Source of the DNA: Octopus sinensis
Lineage: Eukaryota
Direction: 5' to 3'
Assembly (NCBI RefSeq): GCF_006345805.1
Contig: NC_043023.1
Span: forward strand, 20,460,001-20,524,000
Length of the DNA stretch: 64,000 bases
This document shows positions 11,953-24,610 of the stretch, one piece after another. Under the pieces are notes generated by a model. It had not been told where the DNA came from. It did not search any database and saw only the letters and a program-made list of their open reading frames with translations. Within the stretch, counting starts at the first letter, position 1. Each line of letters begins with the position of its first letter. The position numbers and the translations under genes are program-made.

Positions 11953-13014
11953 CATTCCCCACATGAATGTTGTTCTAAATGATATAAAAAAAACAAAAGA
12001 CGTAGACAGGTGAAGGGCCAACAAACATGGTGGGTAAGTTTGACTCACGTAAAAGGGCAGAGTTTTTTGAAGTTGCAAATCTATGATCATCACCTGAAAA
12101 AACTGAAGAGAAAAAAAGAGATGGAGAGAGAGGCGGGAATGACACAATGATGAACAATATACCTGTAATTACAGGTACATATATAGTTTTTCCTTTTTTT
12201 GTACTGGATTCAGCCCTTTGACTGTGGCCATGCTGGTGTAATAATTTAAAAGAATTCGACCCCAGGACTTATTCTTTGTAAGCCTGGTACTTAGTCTACC
12301 GATTTTTTTTTTTTTTTGCTGAACCACTAAGTTAAGGTCACACTAGCATTGGTTGCCAAGCAACGGTAAGGCAGGGACAAGCACACAAATAAATAAATAA
12401 ATAAATATATATAATGGCGGTGCCCCAGCATGGCCACAGCTCAAGAGCTGAAACTGGAAAACATGAACATAAATAACTATATATATATTAATAGATAAAA
12501 CATGCATATATATATACATATATGTGCGTACCTACCTCTACAATTATATATACACGCATATATGAGTACAGGACACCAAAAAAACGTTGAACACAATGAG
12601 AAACGAAAACATAAACACAAACCCAAGGAACTGGACATTTTTTTAAACAACAAAAAAATAGAGTACAGGACAAATAACACAAGGAAAAAACCCCTTCTTC
12701 AGTCGCCATGGTTTCATCTACTCTACGTTTCGATAATTATTATAGATATAGGGTAAAAGAATTATTAATTTATAATTAATAAATTTCACCAAGTAGTTTT
12801 CGGTATGGAAAGGAACCATATTTGGTAAAAACTTATACAGGAAGTTTTATATATAATTATAACAATAATTAAGGGTTTAGCAACAAGTTGCTTGACTACA
12901 TACCGAAACATTTAGAAATAGCAGCCAAAAGACCGTTATTTCTTTTCGCAACAAAATATAACTCCACAGACAACCCTCTCTGTAACTCATGTACATATTT
13001 ACATATACTCTTTA

Positions 13015-13390
13015 CTCTTTTACTCTTTTACTTGTTTCAGTCATTTGACTGCGGCCATGCTGGAGCACCGCCTTTAGTCGAGCAAATCGACCCCAGGATT
13101 TATTCTTCTGTAAGCCCAGTACTTATTCTATCGGTCTCTTTTGCCGAACCGCAAAGTGACGGGGACGTAAACACCACCAGCATCGGTTGTCAAGCAATGC
13201 TAGGGGGACAAACACAGAAACACATATACATATATACGACGGCTTCTTTCAGTTTCCGTCTACCAAATCCACTCACAAGGCTTTGGTCGGCCCGGGGCTA
13301 TAGCAGAAGACACTTGCCCAAGATGCCACGCAGTGGGACTGAACCTGGAACCATGTGGTTGGTTAGCAAGCTACTTACCACACAGCCACT
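13015..13390 (-). mobile_element. SINE family A copy
   Basis: Match to the family consensus. Confidence 0.85.
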
Positions 13391-13436
13391 ATATATATAT
13401 ATTATATTATATTATATATATATAATATATATATAT

Positions 13437-13722
13437 CGGCCCCATGAAGAGGGTTGAGAGGCAACATTATTCTAGTGACGAGGGAGTGAAAACTGTAGTG
13501 AAGAAGTGGCTCAAAGAACAGTCAACAGAATTTACAGGGGCAGGGATACATGCTCTCATTCGAAGGTGGATCATTGCTATTGAGAGAAACGGTGACTATG
13601 TTGAGAAGTAGGGATGTGATCCACAGAGGACCAGCTTTGTTTTGATGTATGATACATGTTCCTGTGTTGGTAATTATACCTGTCCTAAACAAAATGGCAT
13701 TACTTTGTGACTCACCCTCATA
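13437..13722 (+). mobile_element. Mariner transposase 3' fragment, same family as 36283-37079
   Basis: Nucleotide match to 36790-37079, including the terminal ATGGCATTACTTTGTGACTCACCCTC. Confidence 0.8.
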
Positions 13723-13875
13723 CGATGGGCTTCTTCCAGTTTCCCTCTACCACACAGCAACAGAAATCCAATGAGACATCATAACAGTAAATTAATATCT
13801 TACGATATATTAAATATATTATAATATAGGTGACTCATTAGCAATTAAAACCAAGAAGGTTAAATTAATTAATTA

Positions 13876-13988
13876 GGGTGCACAAAATAACACCTGCAAT
13901 TGCTAGAAATAAGGTGCGATTTAGTGTGGCCATCTGGGTTATATTTTTTAGCTCTTATTTCTAGCAACTGCAGGTGTTTTTTGGACCC
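13876..13988. mobile_element. Small Tc1/mariner-type MITE
   Basis: TA-GGGTG...ACCC-TA with ~40-bp imperfect inverted ends (AACACCTGCA.TTGCTAGAAATAAG). Confidence 0.5.
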
Positions 13989-14019
13989 TAATATATAATA
14001 CTATAACATACATACATAC

Positions 14020-14074
<55 letters not shown>

Positions 14075-14174
14075 NNNNNNNNNNNNNNNNNNNNNNNNNN
14101 NNNNNNNNNNNNNNNNNNNNNNNNNNNNNNNNNNNNNNNNNNNNNNNNNNNNNNNNNNNNNNNNNNNNNNNNNN
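14075..14174. other. Assembly gap (100 N)
   Basis: Run of N preceded by a pure (TA)n tract. Confidence 0.99.
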
Positions 14175-14511
14175 CTTTCAGTTTTCCGTCTACCAAATCC
14201 ACTCACAAGGCATTGGTCGGGCCCGGGGCTATAGCAGAAGACACTTGCCCAAGATGCCACGCAGTGGGACTGAACCCGGAACCATGTGGTTGGTAAGCAA
14301 TCTACTTACCACACAGCCACTCCTGCGCCGCTATATATATATATACGACGGGCTTCTTTCAGTTTTCCGTCTACCAAATCCACTCACAAGGTATTGGTCG
14401 GGGCCCGAGGCTATAGCAGAAGACACTTACCCAAAATGCCACGCAGTGGGACTGAACCCGGAACCATGTGGTTGGTAAGCAAGCTACTTACCACACAGCC
14501 ACTGCTGCGCC

Positions 14512-14557
<46 letters not shown>

Positions 14558-14755
14558 ATATGTATATATATATATATATACATATGTACGATGGGCTTCT
14601 TTCAGTTTCCGTCTACCAAATCCACTCACAAGGTATTGGTCGGCCCGGGGCTATAGCAGAAGACACTTACCCAAAATGCCACGCAGTGGGACTGAACCCA
14701 GAACCATGTGGTTGGTAAGCAAGCTACTTACCACACAGCCACTCCTGCGCCTGTA
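14175..14755 (-). repeat. Three tandem 5' halves of SINE family A separated by (TA)n
   Basis: Unit TTCTTTCAGTTTCCGTCTACC...CTGCGCC at ~14175, ~14352 and ~14595. Confidence 0.85.
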
Positions 14756-15206
14756 TATATATATGTATATGTATTCTTAAATTCTTTTACTTGATGTAAT
14801 CATTTGACAGCGGCCATGCAGGAGCACCACCTTAAAGGGTGTTAGTCAAAGAAATCAACCCCAGGATTTAGTCTTTGTAAGTCCTGGTACTTACTCTGTT
14901 GGTTTCCTTTGCCAAACTGCTGAAGGAAGTGTTTAGTGTGTGAAACTGGGGGAGACATCTGTTACCCAGATGTTGAATTTGGTGGGGCTTTGACAAAGTG
15001 GTACAGCTCTAGACACACACACACACCCATTCTATATATAGATATAAACATGTATATATATATATATATATGTTTATATATGTATATATATTTGTACATA
15101 CACACACGCCTAGATAGGAGACAATGTGTCTGTGGATCAGAAGGTAGCCGGCAATGTTTTGGTAAATATATGTATGCACACACACATCCACATATATATA
15201 TATATA

Positions 15207-15296
<90 letters not shown>

Positions 15297-15430
15297 TACA
15301 ATATATATACATATATATACACATATGAATAATATGATGATGATGATGTATATATATATATATATATATACATACACACATATAAATATACACATGTACA
15401 TATATATATATATATATATAAATATACACA

Positions 15431-15468
<38 letters not shown>

Positions 15469-16736
15469 AACATACAAATATATGTATAAATATATACATG
15501 AATATATATATATATATACACACACACATGAATATATAAATAAATATACACATATGAGTATAAACGTATTGTAAAATATATTTGCCAACTAAATGTGGTG
15601 ATCCCAGAGAGGACGTAAGGCTCCCATCTCCAGCCTTACGTGATACACACACAGACCCCAGTTTCTGAGTAGTTACCCCATCTTCAGTGTGTGATAATCA
15701 CCAGCTAGCGATGACCCCATCCCCTCGCAAATAAGTACTAGGCGTGCAAAGAATAAGTCCCAGGGCCGATTTGTTCGATTAAAGGCGGTGCTCCAGCATG
15801 GCTGCAATCAAATGACTGAAACAAGTAAAAGAGTAAAGAGAGTATAGCAGCAAATGTATAGCCAGCCTTGTCATGCTGAATCTCTCCGAGAACCACATTA
15901 AGGGTACACGTGTCTGTGGAGTACTCATCCATTTACATGTTACTTTCCCGATCAGGCTGTTCCATTGATCGGGTCAGGTGGAACCCTCGTCATCGCAACC
16001 GACGGAGTGCCACAATTTCTGTTGATGAGTTATTTTGAGATAATCAAAATCAAAATCAAAATCGATCAACATCAATGGAATTTGTAGCTGCGATACCAGT
16101 GCTGATGGCACGTAAGAGAACCATCCGATCGTGGCCGTAGCCAGCGCCGCCCTGACTGGCCTCCGTGCCGGTGGCACATGAAAAGCACCATCCGATCGTG
16201 GCCGTTTGCCAGCCTCCCCTGGCACGTAAAAAGCACCCACTACACTCACGGAGTGGTTGGCGTTAGGAAGGGCATCCAGCCGTAGAAACATTGCCAGATT
16301 TGACTGGAGCCTGATGCAGCCTTCTGGCTTCCCAGACCCCAGTTGAACCGTCCAACCCATGCTAGCATGGAAAGCGGACACTAAACGATGATGATGAACT
16401 ATTTATTTGTGCCACACCATCTTACCCCAGATGTGTTAACCACATCATAACAGCTTCCAAACGAGGTAACACCTCCCCCATCACCAAACGTCATCATTTA
16501 ATGTCTGCTGTCCATGCTGGCATAGGTTGGACGGTTTTGGAATGAAAACCGATCAGCCAGAGCGCTGTTCCAATCTGATCTGACAAGGTTTCTATGGCTG
16601 GATGCATTTCCTAACGCCAACCACTCCACGAGTGTAGCGGGTGCTTTTCCGTCACTGGCACGGGTGCCACTGACCTGACACCAGCATCGGCTATGACTCT
16701 GGACTCACTTGGATAGACAGGTCAAGACAAATATGG

Positions 16737-17135
16737 TATACCTATTTCTTTACTACCCACAAGGGGCTAAACACAGAGGGGACAAACAAGAACAAAGGGA
16801 TTAAGTTGATCATATCGACCCCAGTGCGTAACTGGTACTTATTTAATCGACCCCGAAAGGATGAAAGGCAAAGTCGACCTCGGCGGAATTTGAACTCAGA
16901 ACGTAACGGCAGACGAAATACCTATTTCTTTATTACCCACAAGGGGCTAAACACAGAAGGGACAAACAAGAACAAAGGGATTAAGTCGATTATATCGACC
17001 CCAGTGTGTAACTGGTACTTATTTAATCAACCTCGAAAGGATTAAAGGCAAATTCGACCTCAGCAGAATTTGAACTCAGAACATAGTGGCAGACGAAATA
17101 CCACTAAGTATTTCGCCCGGCGTGCTAACCACTCT
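16737..17135 (-). mobile_element. Two tandem SINE family C copies
   Basis: Unit beginning CCTATTTCTTT..TACCCACAAGGGGC at ~16741 and ~16921. Confidence 0.8.
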
Positions 17136-17347
17136 GCCAGACAAATATGGTATACCGCCAAAATGTCTTGGTCGCTTGTCACTGCCTCCATGGGGCCCAA
17201 TACTTGAAGGGTTCTTCTTATGTGCCACTAGCACGGGTGCCATTCAGATGGCACTGGCACCAGGCAGAAGACGTGGAAACAACTAATGTTAAAATGATGA
17301 AAAAGGATGAAGAAAGTTAATTGTGAAAAAAAATAAAACATTAATAT

Positions 17348-17752
17348 AGGCGCAGGGAGTGGCTGTGTGGTAAGTAGCTTGCTTACCAACCACATGGTTC
17401 CGGGTTCAGTCCCACTGCGTGGCATCTTGGGCAAGTGTCTTCTGCTATAGCCCCGGGCCGACCATAGCCTTGTGAGTGGATTTGGTAGACGGAAACTGAA
17501 AGAAGCCCATCATATATAATGTATATATATATGTGTGTGTGTGTGTGTTTGTGTGTCTGTGTTTGTCCCCCTAGCATTGCTTGACAACCGATGCTGGTGT
17601 GTTTACGTTCCCGTCACTTAGCGGTTCGGCAAAAGGGACTGATAGAATAAGTACTGGGCTTAAAAAAGAATAAGTCCCGGGGTTCGAGTTGCTCGACTAA
17701 AGGCGGTGCTCCAGCATGGCCGCAGTCAAATGACTGAAACAAGTAAAAGAGT
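17348..17752 (+). mobile_element. SINE family A copy
   Basis: Full-length match; an oppositely oriented copy lies at 17865-18238. Confidence 0.85.
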
Positions 17753-17864
17753 ATTAATAGTTACCTGTCTTTAAGGTCATCCATCGAAGCTAATCAGATC
17801 GACTCAGATATCAACAGGCCCCATAGGGTGGTACAGCACCCACAAAGCTGTATGCATATTCTCT

Positions 17865-18238
17865 TACTCTTTTTACTCTTTTACTTGTTTCAGTCATTTG
17901 ACTGTGGCCATGCTGGAGCACCACCTTTAGTCGAGCAACTCGACCCTGGGACTTATTCTTTTGTAAACCCAGTACTTATTCTATCGGTCTCTTTTGCCGA
18001 ACCGCTAAGTAACGGGGACGTAAACACACCAGCATCGGTTGTCAAGGAACGCTAGGGGAACAAACACAGACACACAAACACACACACATATATATACATA
18101 CATATATACGACAGGCTTCTTTCAGTTTCCGTCTACCAAATCCACTCACAAGGCATTGGTCGGCCCAGGGCTATAGCAGAAGACACTTGCCCTTGATGCC
18201 ACGCAGTGGGACTGAACCTGGAACCATGTGGTTGGTTA
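17865..18238 (-). mobile_element. SINE family A copy
   Basis: Match to the family consensus, 5' end clipped. Confidence 0.85.
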
Positions 18239-18376
18239 AAATATCATAAATATGAAGAGCTGAAAGCTAAAAGACAAAGCAACAGAGACACCAGTTGGTC
18301 CCCTCCATGTAGCCATCTGCCTGTCTATCTGTCCATCTGTCTATCCTTCCATGCATTTGTCTTTCTATCCATCTAG

Positions 18377-18742
18377 GGAAGCACTCCGTCGGTTACGACG
18401 ACGAGGGTTCCGGTTGATCCAAATCAACGGAACAGCCTGCTCGTGAAATTAATGTGTAAGTGGCTGAGTACTCCACAGACACGTGTACCCTTAACGTAGT
18501 TCTCGGGGATATTCAGCGTGACACAGAGAGTGACAAGGCCGGCCCTTTGAAATACAGGTACAACAGAAACAGGAAGTAAGAGTGAGAGAAAGTCGTGGTG
18601 AAAGAGTACAACAGGGATCACCACCATCCCCTGCCGGAGCCTCGTGGAGCTTTAGATGTTTTCGCTCAATAAACACTCACAACGCCCGGTCTGGGAATCG
18701 AAACCGCGAGTCCGCTGCCCTAACCACTGGGCCATTGCGCCT
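18377..18742 (-). mobile_element. SINE family B copy
   Basis: Reverse complement of the consensus. Confidence 0.85.
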
Positions 18743-20109
18743 CCTTTATCCATCTACCTGTCTGTCTGCCTACCTATATCTCAAAAAGCCGTTAGACCAT
18801 GGCAATTTCTGCATCACCGCAAGAGACTACTCTTTTACTTGTTTCAGTCATTTGACTGTGGCCATGCTGGAGCACCGCCTTTATTTCCTCGTGTTCCTCT
18901 CCAATGAAGAGCATAGGCTCGAAACGTAAAAGACATTCTTACCTTCCCAAGCATCAAACTAATACACCTGTTTGTTGTTTACACACCTGTCTTCGTCTTT
19001 TGTTTTTCTCCTTTACTCTTTTACTTGTTTCAGTCATTTGACTGTGGCCATGCTGGAGCACCACCTTTAGTTAAGCAAATCGACCCCAGGACTTATTCTA
19101 TCGGATCTCTCTTGCCTAACCACTAAGTTACGGGGACGTAAACACACCACCATCAGTTGTCAAGTGATGTTGGGGGACAAAAACACAAACATATACACAC
19201 ACACATACATAAATATATATATATACGAAATCGAAATCGAAATCGAACCAATCCTATGACTGGCACCCGGCAGATGCCAGGACCCCTGGACTGGAGATAC
19301 GTAAAAAGCACTATCCGAATCGTGGCCGATGCCAGCGCCGCCTCGACTGGCTTCCGTGCAGGTGGCACGTAAAATGCACCAATCTGACCTGGCCGATGCC
19401 AGCCTCGCCTGGCACCAGTGCAGGTGGCACGTAAAAAGCACCCACTACACTCATGGAGTGGTTGGCGTTAGGAAGGGCATCCAGCTGTAGAAACACTGCC
19501 AGATAAGACTGGAGCCTGGTGCAGCCTTCTGGCTTCCCAGATCCCCGGTCGAACCGTCCAACCCATGCTAGCATGGAGAACGGACGTTAAACGATGATGA
19601 TGATGGGCTTCTTTCAGTTTCCATCTACCAAATCCACTCACAAGGTTTTGATCAGCCCGAGGCTATAGTTGAAGACACTTGCCCAAGGTGTCATGCAGTG
19701 GGACTGAACCCGGAACCATGTGGTTGGTAAGCAAGCTACTTACCACACAGCCAGGGGAAATTTTTTAAATATTTTTCATATTTTAACAATTAAAAAACTT
19801 TTAAAACTTCAAAGAAAAAAAAATCTGGATTTTCAAAAAGGGATCTCCAAGGGCTTCCTTGCTGTTCACAGAAGCTATTAAACCATTTCACACTATTTCA
19901 GCTTCTTGTCATCTTTCATCTTCCCTTATTTCACTTCGTCATTTTTCTACATTTTCCATCGGTTTTTTCTTCCTTCTTTTCATTTCCCTCATCTTTCGTT
20001 CTTAGCTTTTTGTGTCCTCATCACTAATTGCTAATTACTCAATTATCACTTTCTTCTTTCCTTCTGTCTACCTGTTCATTCTGCCTACCATATTCATAAA
20101 TGCCTTTAA

Positions 20110-20331
20110 CCCTTCCTTTACTGTATTTCTGTTGAGATGTTCTGTGTTTCTTTCATTAATTTTAAATTTAACAAAGAATTTACTAAAATAACTTCGTTAT
20201 AATTAAGCTAGTGTTAGGAACATAAATTGTGACTAAGGTTTGGTGGAAGATTTAATTCAGAACTTATGAAAACAAAACATTTATACTACAGAGAGCCAGA
20301 GGTGGTTTCAGCCAGGTTGATATCGAAAGGG
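20110..20331. mobile_element. piggyBac-type MITE (~222 bp)
   Basis: TTAA-CCCT...AGGG-TTAA; internal sequence shared with 20497-20719 and 47097-47311. Confidence 0.75.
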
Positions 20332-20355
20332 TTAAAAATATCATGGTAACTTTAA

Positions 20356-20410
20356 CCCTTTTGTTACTACAGAGCCAGAGATTGTTTCAGACAGGTTGGT
20401 ATCAAAAGGG
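20356..20410. mobile_element. Internally deleted mini-copy of the same MITE
   Basis: TTAA-CCCTTTTGTTAC joined directly to the family's 3' subterminal sequence, ending ATCAAAAGGG. Confidence 0.55.
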
Positions 20411-20496
20411 TAAATTTGCAGATTTTGTTACACTTGTTAGAAATAGCAGCCAAATCTTGTGCAAATTGAAGGTACATTTGACTGACTGTCTTTAAA

Positions 20497-20719
20497 CCCT
20501 TTTGTTACCATATTTCTGTTGAGATGTTCTGTGTTTCTTTCAATTACTTTAAATATAACAAAGAATTTAGTAAAATAACTTAGTTATCTTTAAGCTAGTG
20601 TTAGGGACATAAATTGTGACTAAGGTTTGGTGGAAGATTTTAATTCAGAACTTATGAAAACAAGATATTTGTACTACAGAGAGTCAGAGGTGGTTTCAGC
20701 CAGGTTGGTAACAAAAGGG
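20497..20719. mobile_element. piggyBac-type MITE (223 bp)
   Basis: Perfect 14-bp TIR CCCTTTTGTTACCA / TGGTAACAAAAGGG; flanks TAAA and TTAA. Confidence 0.8.
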
Positions 20720-21229
20720 TTAAAATCACATTAAAGTTTAATTAGATATGCAAATTAAAAGTTGCCCCAAAGACTGTTTCCCTTGCTTGTAGCTAAATTA
20801 TACATGGCTTCACATAAAAAATCTTGCACAACAAATATATTTTTTTTGTATTAAATATATTAAAAATTTTTTGTATATCGACTTGCCTAACTTGCTTCTT
20901 ACATTTACTCAACTACCGACTCGAGTCCAAATCTTTTGAACACTTCAAAGTGTGTTTTATGTAAAGAACACCTGTCTCTAACCTAACCACTAAGTCCAGT
21001 TTTGTTTTATTCCATGTTTATTTCCTCGTGTTCCTTTCTGTTGAAGAGCGTAGACTCGAAATGTAAAGGATTTACTTACCTTCCCGAGCGTCACCTGTCA
21101 TCTTTTGTTTTCTGTAAATTTCAACTACATATAAAGTAACAACCTGAGGAAAAGAAATCCTTGAAAGGGGTGAGTTAAACATCCAATTCACTGGTCCTTC
21201 AGTTGGATACCATATAAATATTGGTATAA

Positions 21230-21532
21230 TCTTTATATATAAAATTTAAGTTGTGTGTGAGACTGTCTCCTCCGATTTAGATTCCTAACTACTCCCACAT
21301 TTTGCGGTGCAGTTGAACCAAAACCGGGTATCTTATAGTCGTCATTCATATCGAGCCCTTCTGGGTATTAGTGCGCGTCTACGATGAGTCTAAGATTAAA
21401 AAAAAAATTTACCATCATTTTTCCGCATTTTTAATGATTTTTGCTCAGGTTATATAAGGAAAGTAACTCTCTAAAAATGCTTATATATTTATTTCCCTTA
21501 CAAACCTGAGCAACGCCGGGCGATACTGCTAG
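21230..21532 (+). mobile_element. Non-autonomous Helitron-like element (303 bp)
   Basis: Starts TC (A|TCTTTATATATAAAA) and ends CTAG|T, with a GC-rich hairpin CCTGAGCAACGCCGGG about 10 nt before the end; no TSD. Confidence 0.65.
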
Positions 21533-21636
21533 TTCAATTATAGAGATAAATTAATTTATATTATATTATAATATAAATAAATTAATGGATTGTCAACAGA
21601 ATATCTCTATATTTAATTTATATATATCTGTGTGTG

Positions 21637-21930
21637 TGGAGGCGCAATGGCCCAGTGGTTAGGGCAGCGGACTCGCGGTCGTATGATCGCGGTTTCGATT
21701 CCCAGACCGGGCGATGTGAGTGTTTATTGAGCGAAAACACCTAAAAGCTCCACGAGGCTCTGGCAGGGAGTGGTGATCCCTGCTGTACTCTTTCACCACT
21801 CTTTCTTCTGTTGGCCTGCTTGCTTTGCCAGCAGGGTGGCGTAGTTCGAAGGCTAAAACGATGCGAATGCATTGTGACCAGCGATGTGTAACTACATCTG
21901 ATGGACTGGTCGGTCACGTGATCACGTGAT
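21637..21930 (+). mobile_element. SINE family E (family B head, different 3' tail)
   Basis: First ~160 nt match family B, then an unrelated tail ending GGTCACGTGATCACGTGA; second copy at 32150-32458. Confidence 0.75.
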
Positions 21931-22928
21931 ATATATATATATATATTTATATATGATGGCTGCCCCCTCGTTATCGAGTATGGCCATTGCACGAAGCTTA
22001 ATCAATATTGTTATCGTGCAATGCCTGTGCAAGAAGATTTTTTTTAAAGTAAGGAAAGGCTGTGCACTGAGTCAATCCCACTCACTAAGCAACAGCAGCC
22101 ATAATCCGAAAAGAAGAACAAGTCAACATCATCGGTAACCACTGGGCCGCAGGTTTTATGTCGGAGTTATCCCAGTTACCTGAGTTACCTTCTCCTAGAA
22201 GGATGCCCTAACAAAGGCCAGGAGTCCTTCACTCCCAATGGTTTAACCGCGCGATCGGGTATTCAGTCCGATTATTTCTATGTCCCTGCGCATGATACAG
22301 CCTTAAGACATTTATTGGATGGCCGTTGACTCTCAAGAGCTCCTCCGCCCTTTGACGGGTTTTGTTTATCATCCTGCAGGGTGTCCAATAAACACCCTCC
22401 TCACCAAGCAAGCTTGCTGGGGTTGCCGGTTTAGTCGCCGACGACCCGACCATGCAACAGGTTGTACTGGGTTACATGTTACCAGTAGCACTCGAAAGTG
22501 ACCTGATATATACACACATATATACATACAGTCATGAAAACAATAATGCAATTATAAAATATTTTACTGAATATATTTATTTCTAGATTTTTGTTTTTGT
22601 CTTGAGTGTGTGTAAAATAGACACACGCATACAGATTATAGAAATATGGACTCCTGAAATAAATATATACACATACAGATATACAGATTAAATACACACA
22701 CACACATACATACATACATTATATATATTCTTTTCACACTTCCACTTGTTTCAGTCATTAGACCACGACCAGACTGGGGCACTGCCACGACAGGCTGAAT
22801 CAAACAAAACTTGTTTTTTTTTTTTTTTAAATGTCTTGTACTTAGCCAATTGGTCTCCTTTGCCAAACCACTGGGTCACAGGGACATAAATACACCAACA
22901 CCGGTTGTCAAGCAGAGATGAGGAACAA

Positions 22929-22975
<47 letters not shown>

Positions 22976-23334
22976 CTCTTTACTTGTTTCATTCATTTGA
23001 CTGTGGCCATGCTGGAGCATCACCTTTTAGTCGAGCACATCAATCCCAGGACTTATTCTTTGGAAGCCTAGTACTTATTCTATCAGTCACTTTTGCCAAA
23101 CCGCTAAGTTACGGGGACATAAAAGAGAGTAAAGAGTATATATATATATTGCTGGTGTTAGGAAAGGCACACACAATACTCACATGTGTGTATATTAATA
23201 TACAAAACATAAATAAAAACATATCCACACCTATATATAAATATATATACATGTGTATATTAATACATAAACACCCACATACAAGCATTATATAAACTAT
23301 ATAAATACATTCAAATAAAATACCTCTCATATAT

Positions 23335-23427
<93 letters not shown>

Positions 23428-24458
23428 GTTTTTATAAAATGCTTGAGCAATGAAACAAATGTACAACTGGATATTATATTACAAGAATGTACGCATTATA
23501 TATACACAAACATGTATGTACATTGACATATACATACACTAACATAAATACAGAATATACATATATTTATGTAAATAAAAACACACTACCCACTTTATGC
23601 ACACACACCCACACATATATATACATATACACACATATGCGGTGGATGTGACTGGAATGTAAATACAGCAGAATGCTAAGTACACCAATGCAAGGAACCC
23701 TTATAGTCTACCTTCTCAATAAGGGGCCACACTGAAGGGAGAAGAAAGGTGCAGTGGTCATATCTGGAATGTGTTTCATCATAAGTTTGGTTGGTAAAGG
23801 CTGACCAAGGGTTCAACAACACCAGGTTAATGTGGAGTAGTCTGCCACGTATCATAGCTATACTGTCTTTTGGTCTGTACACACATACATACACACGTGA
23901 CAGCCCCAAATTTCTACCCCTATAAAAGTGTACTTATTACATCACACAACATTATCTGACATCCCAAACTAAAGGGCAACATAATTTCCTTCTTTTGCTC
24001 TTCTTTGAACCGCGATAAAGAGTTCGTAACCCGAAATATCGAGACTAATTAAATACATCTCAATTAACATAGTATCATCGTTATCATGTATTTCGAATAT
24101 TTAATGTTGTTAGACATTACTGTCACCTTCTATAAACAATATGTTGATATTGTAACAAGAACAAACTACCCAGCAGTATGAAGCATCCGCCTGTATATAC
24201 CCATCTTTCTATCTGTTTATGCACGTATCCATTTTCCAGTTTTGGTCTGTGTGTATCTTTCTTTCTTTCAACATGTATGTATATACATATATACATACAC
24301 ATATATATACATACATATATATATGCATACATACATATATATACATACATACATACATATACATACACATACATACATACCTACATATACATACATATAT
24401 ATATATATACATACCTACATATATACATACATATATATACACATACACACATATACAT

Positions 24459-24502
<44 letters not shown>

Positions 24503-24610
24503 ACACACAGGGTGCAGCAGAAGTAACACTCTTTTTGCATTTAATAACTTTTATAGTATATATATAAATGTTTAATTAATTTTTTACTGGACACAAATTT
24601 ATTGCATTAA

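Noticed and set aside
14245-14656. Recurrent short ORFs MPKMPRSGTEPGTMW..., MVVIPAVLFHH..., MRNWYLIYRPRK...
   Set aside because: Chance translations of SINE families A, B and C, repeated wherever the SINE occurs.
15613-15641. 10-bp perfect hairpin ACGTAAGGCT/AGCCTTACGT
   Set aside because: Short enough to arise by chance in 64 kb; no associated structure recognised.
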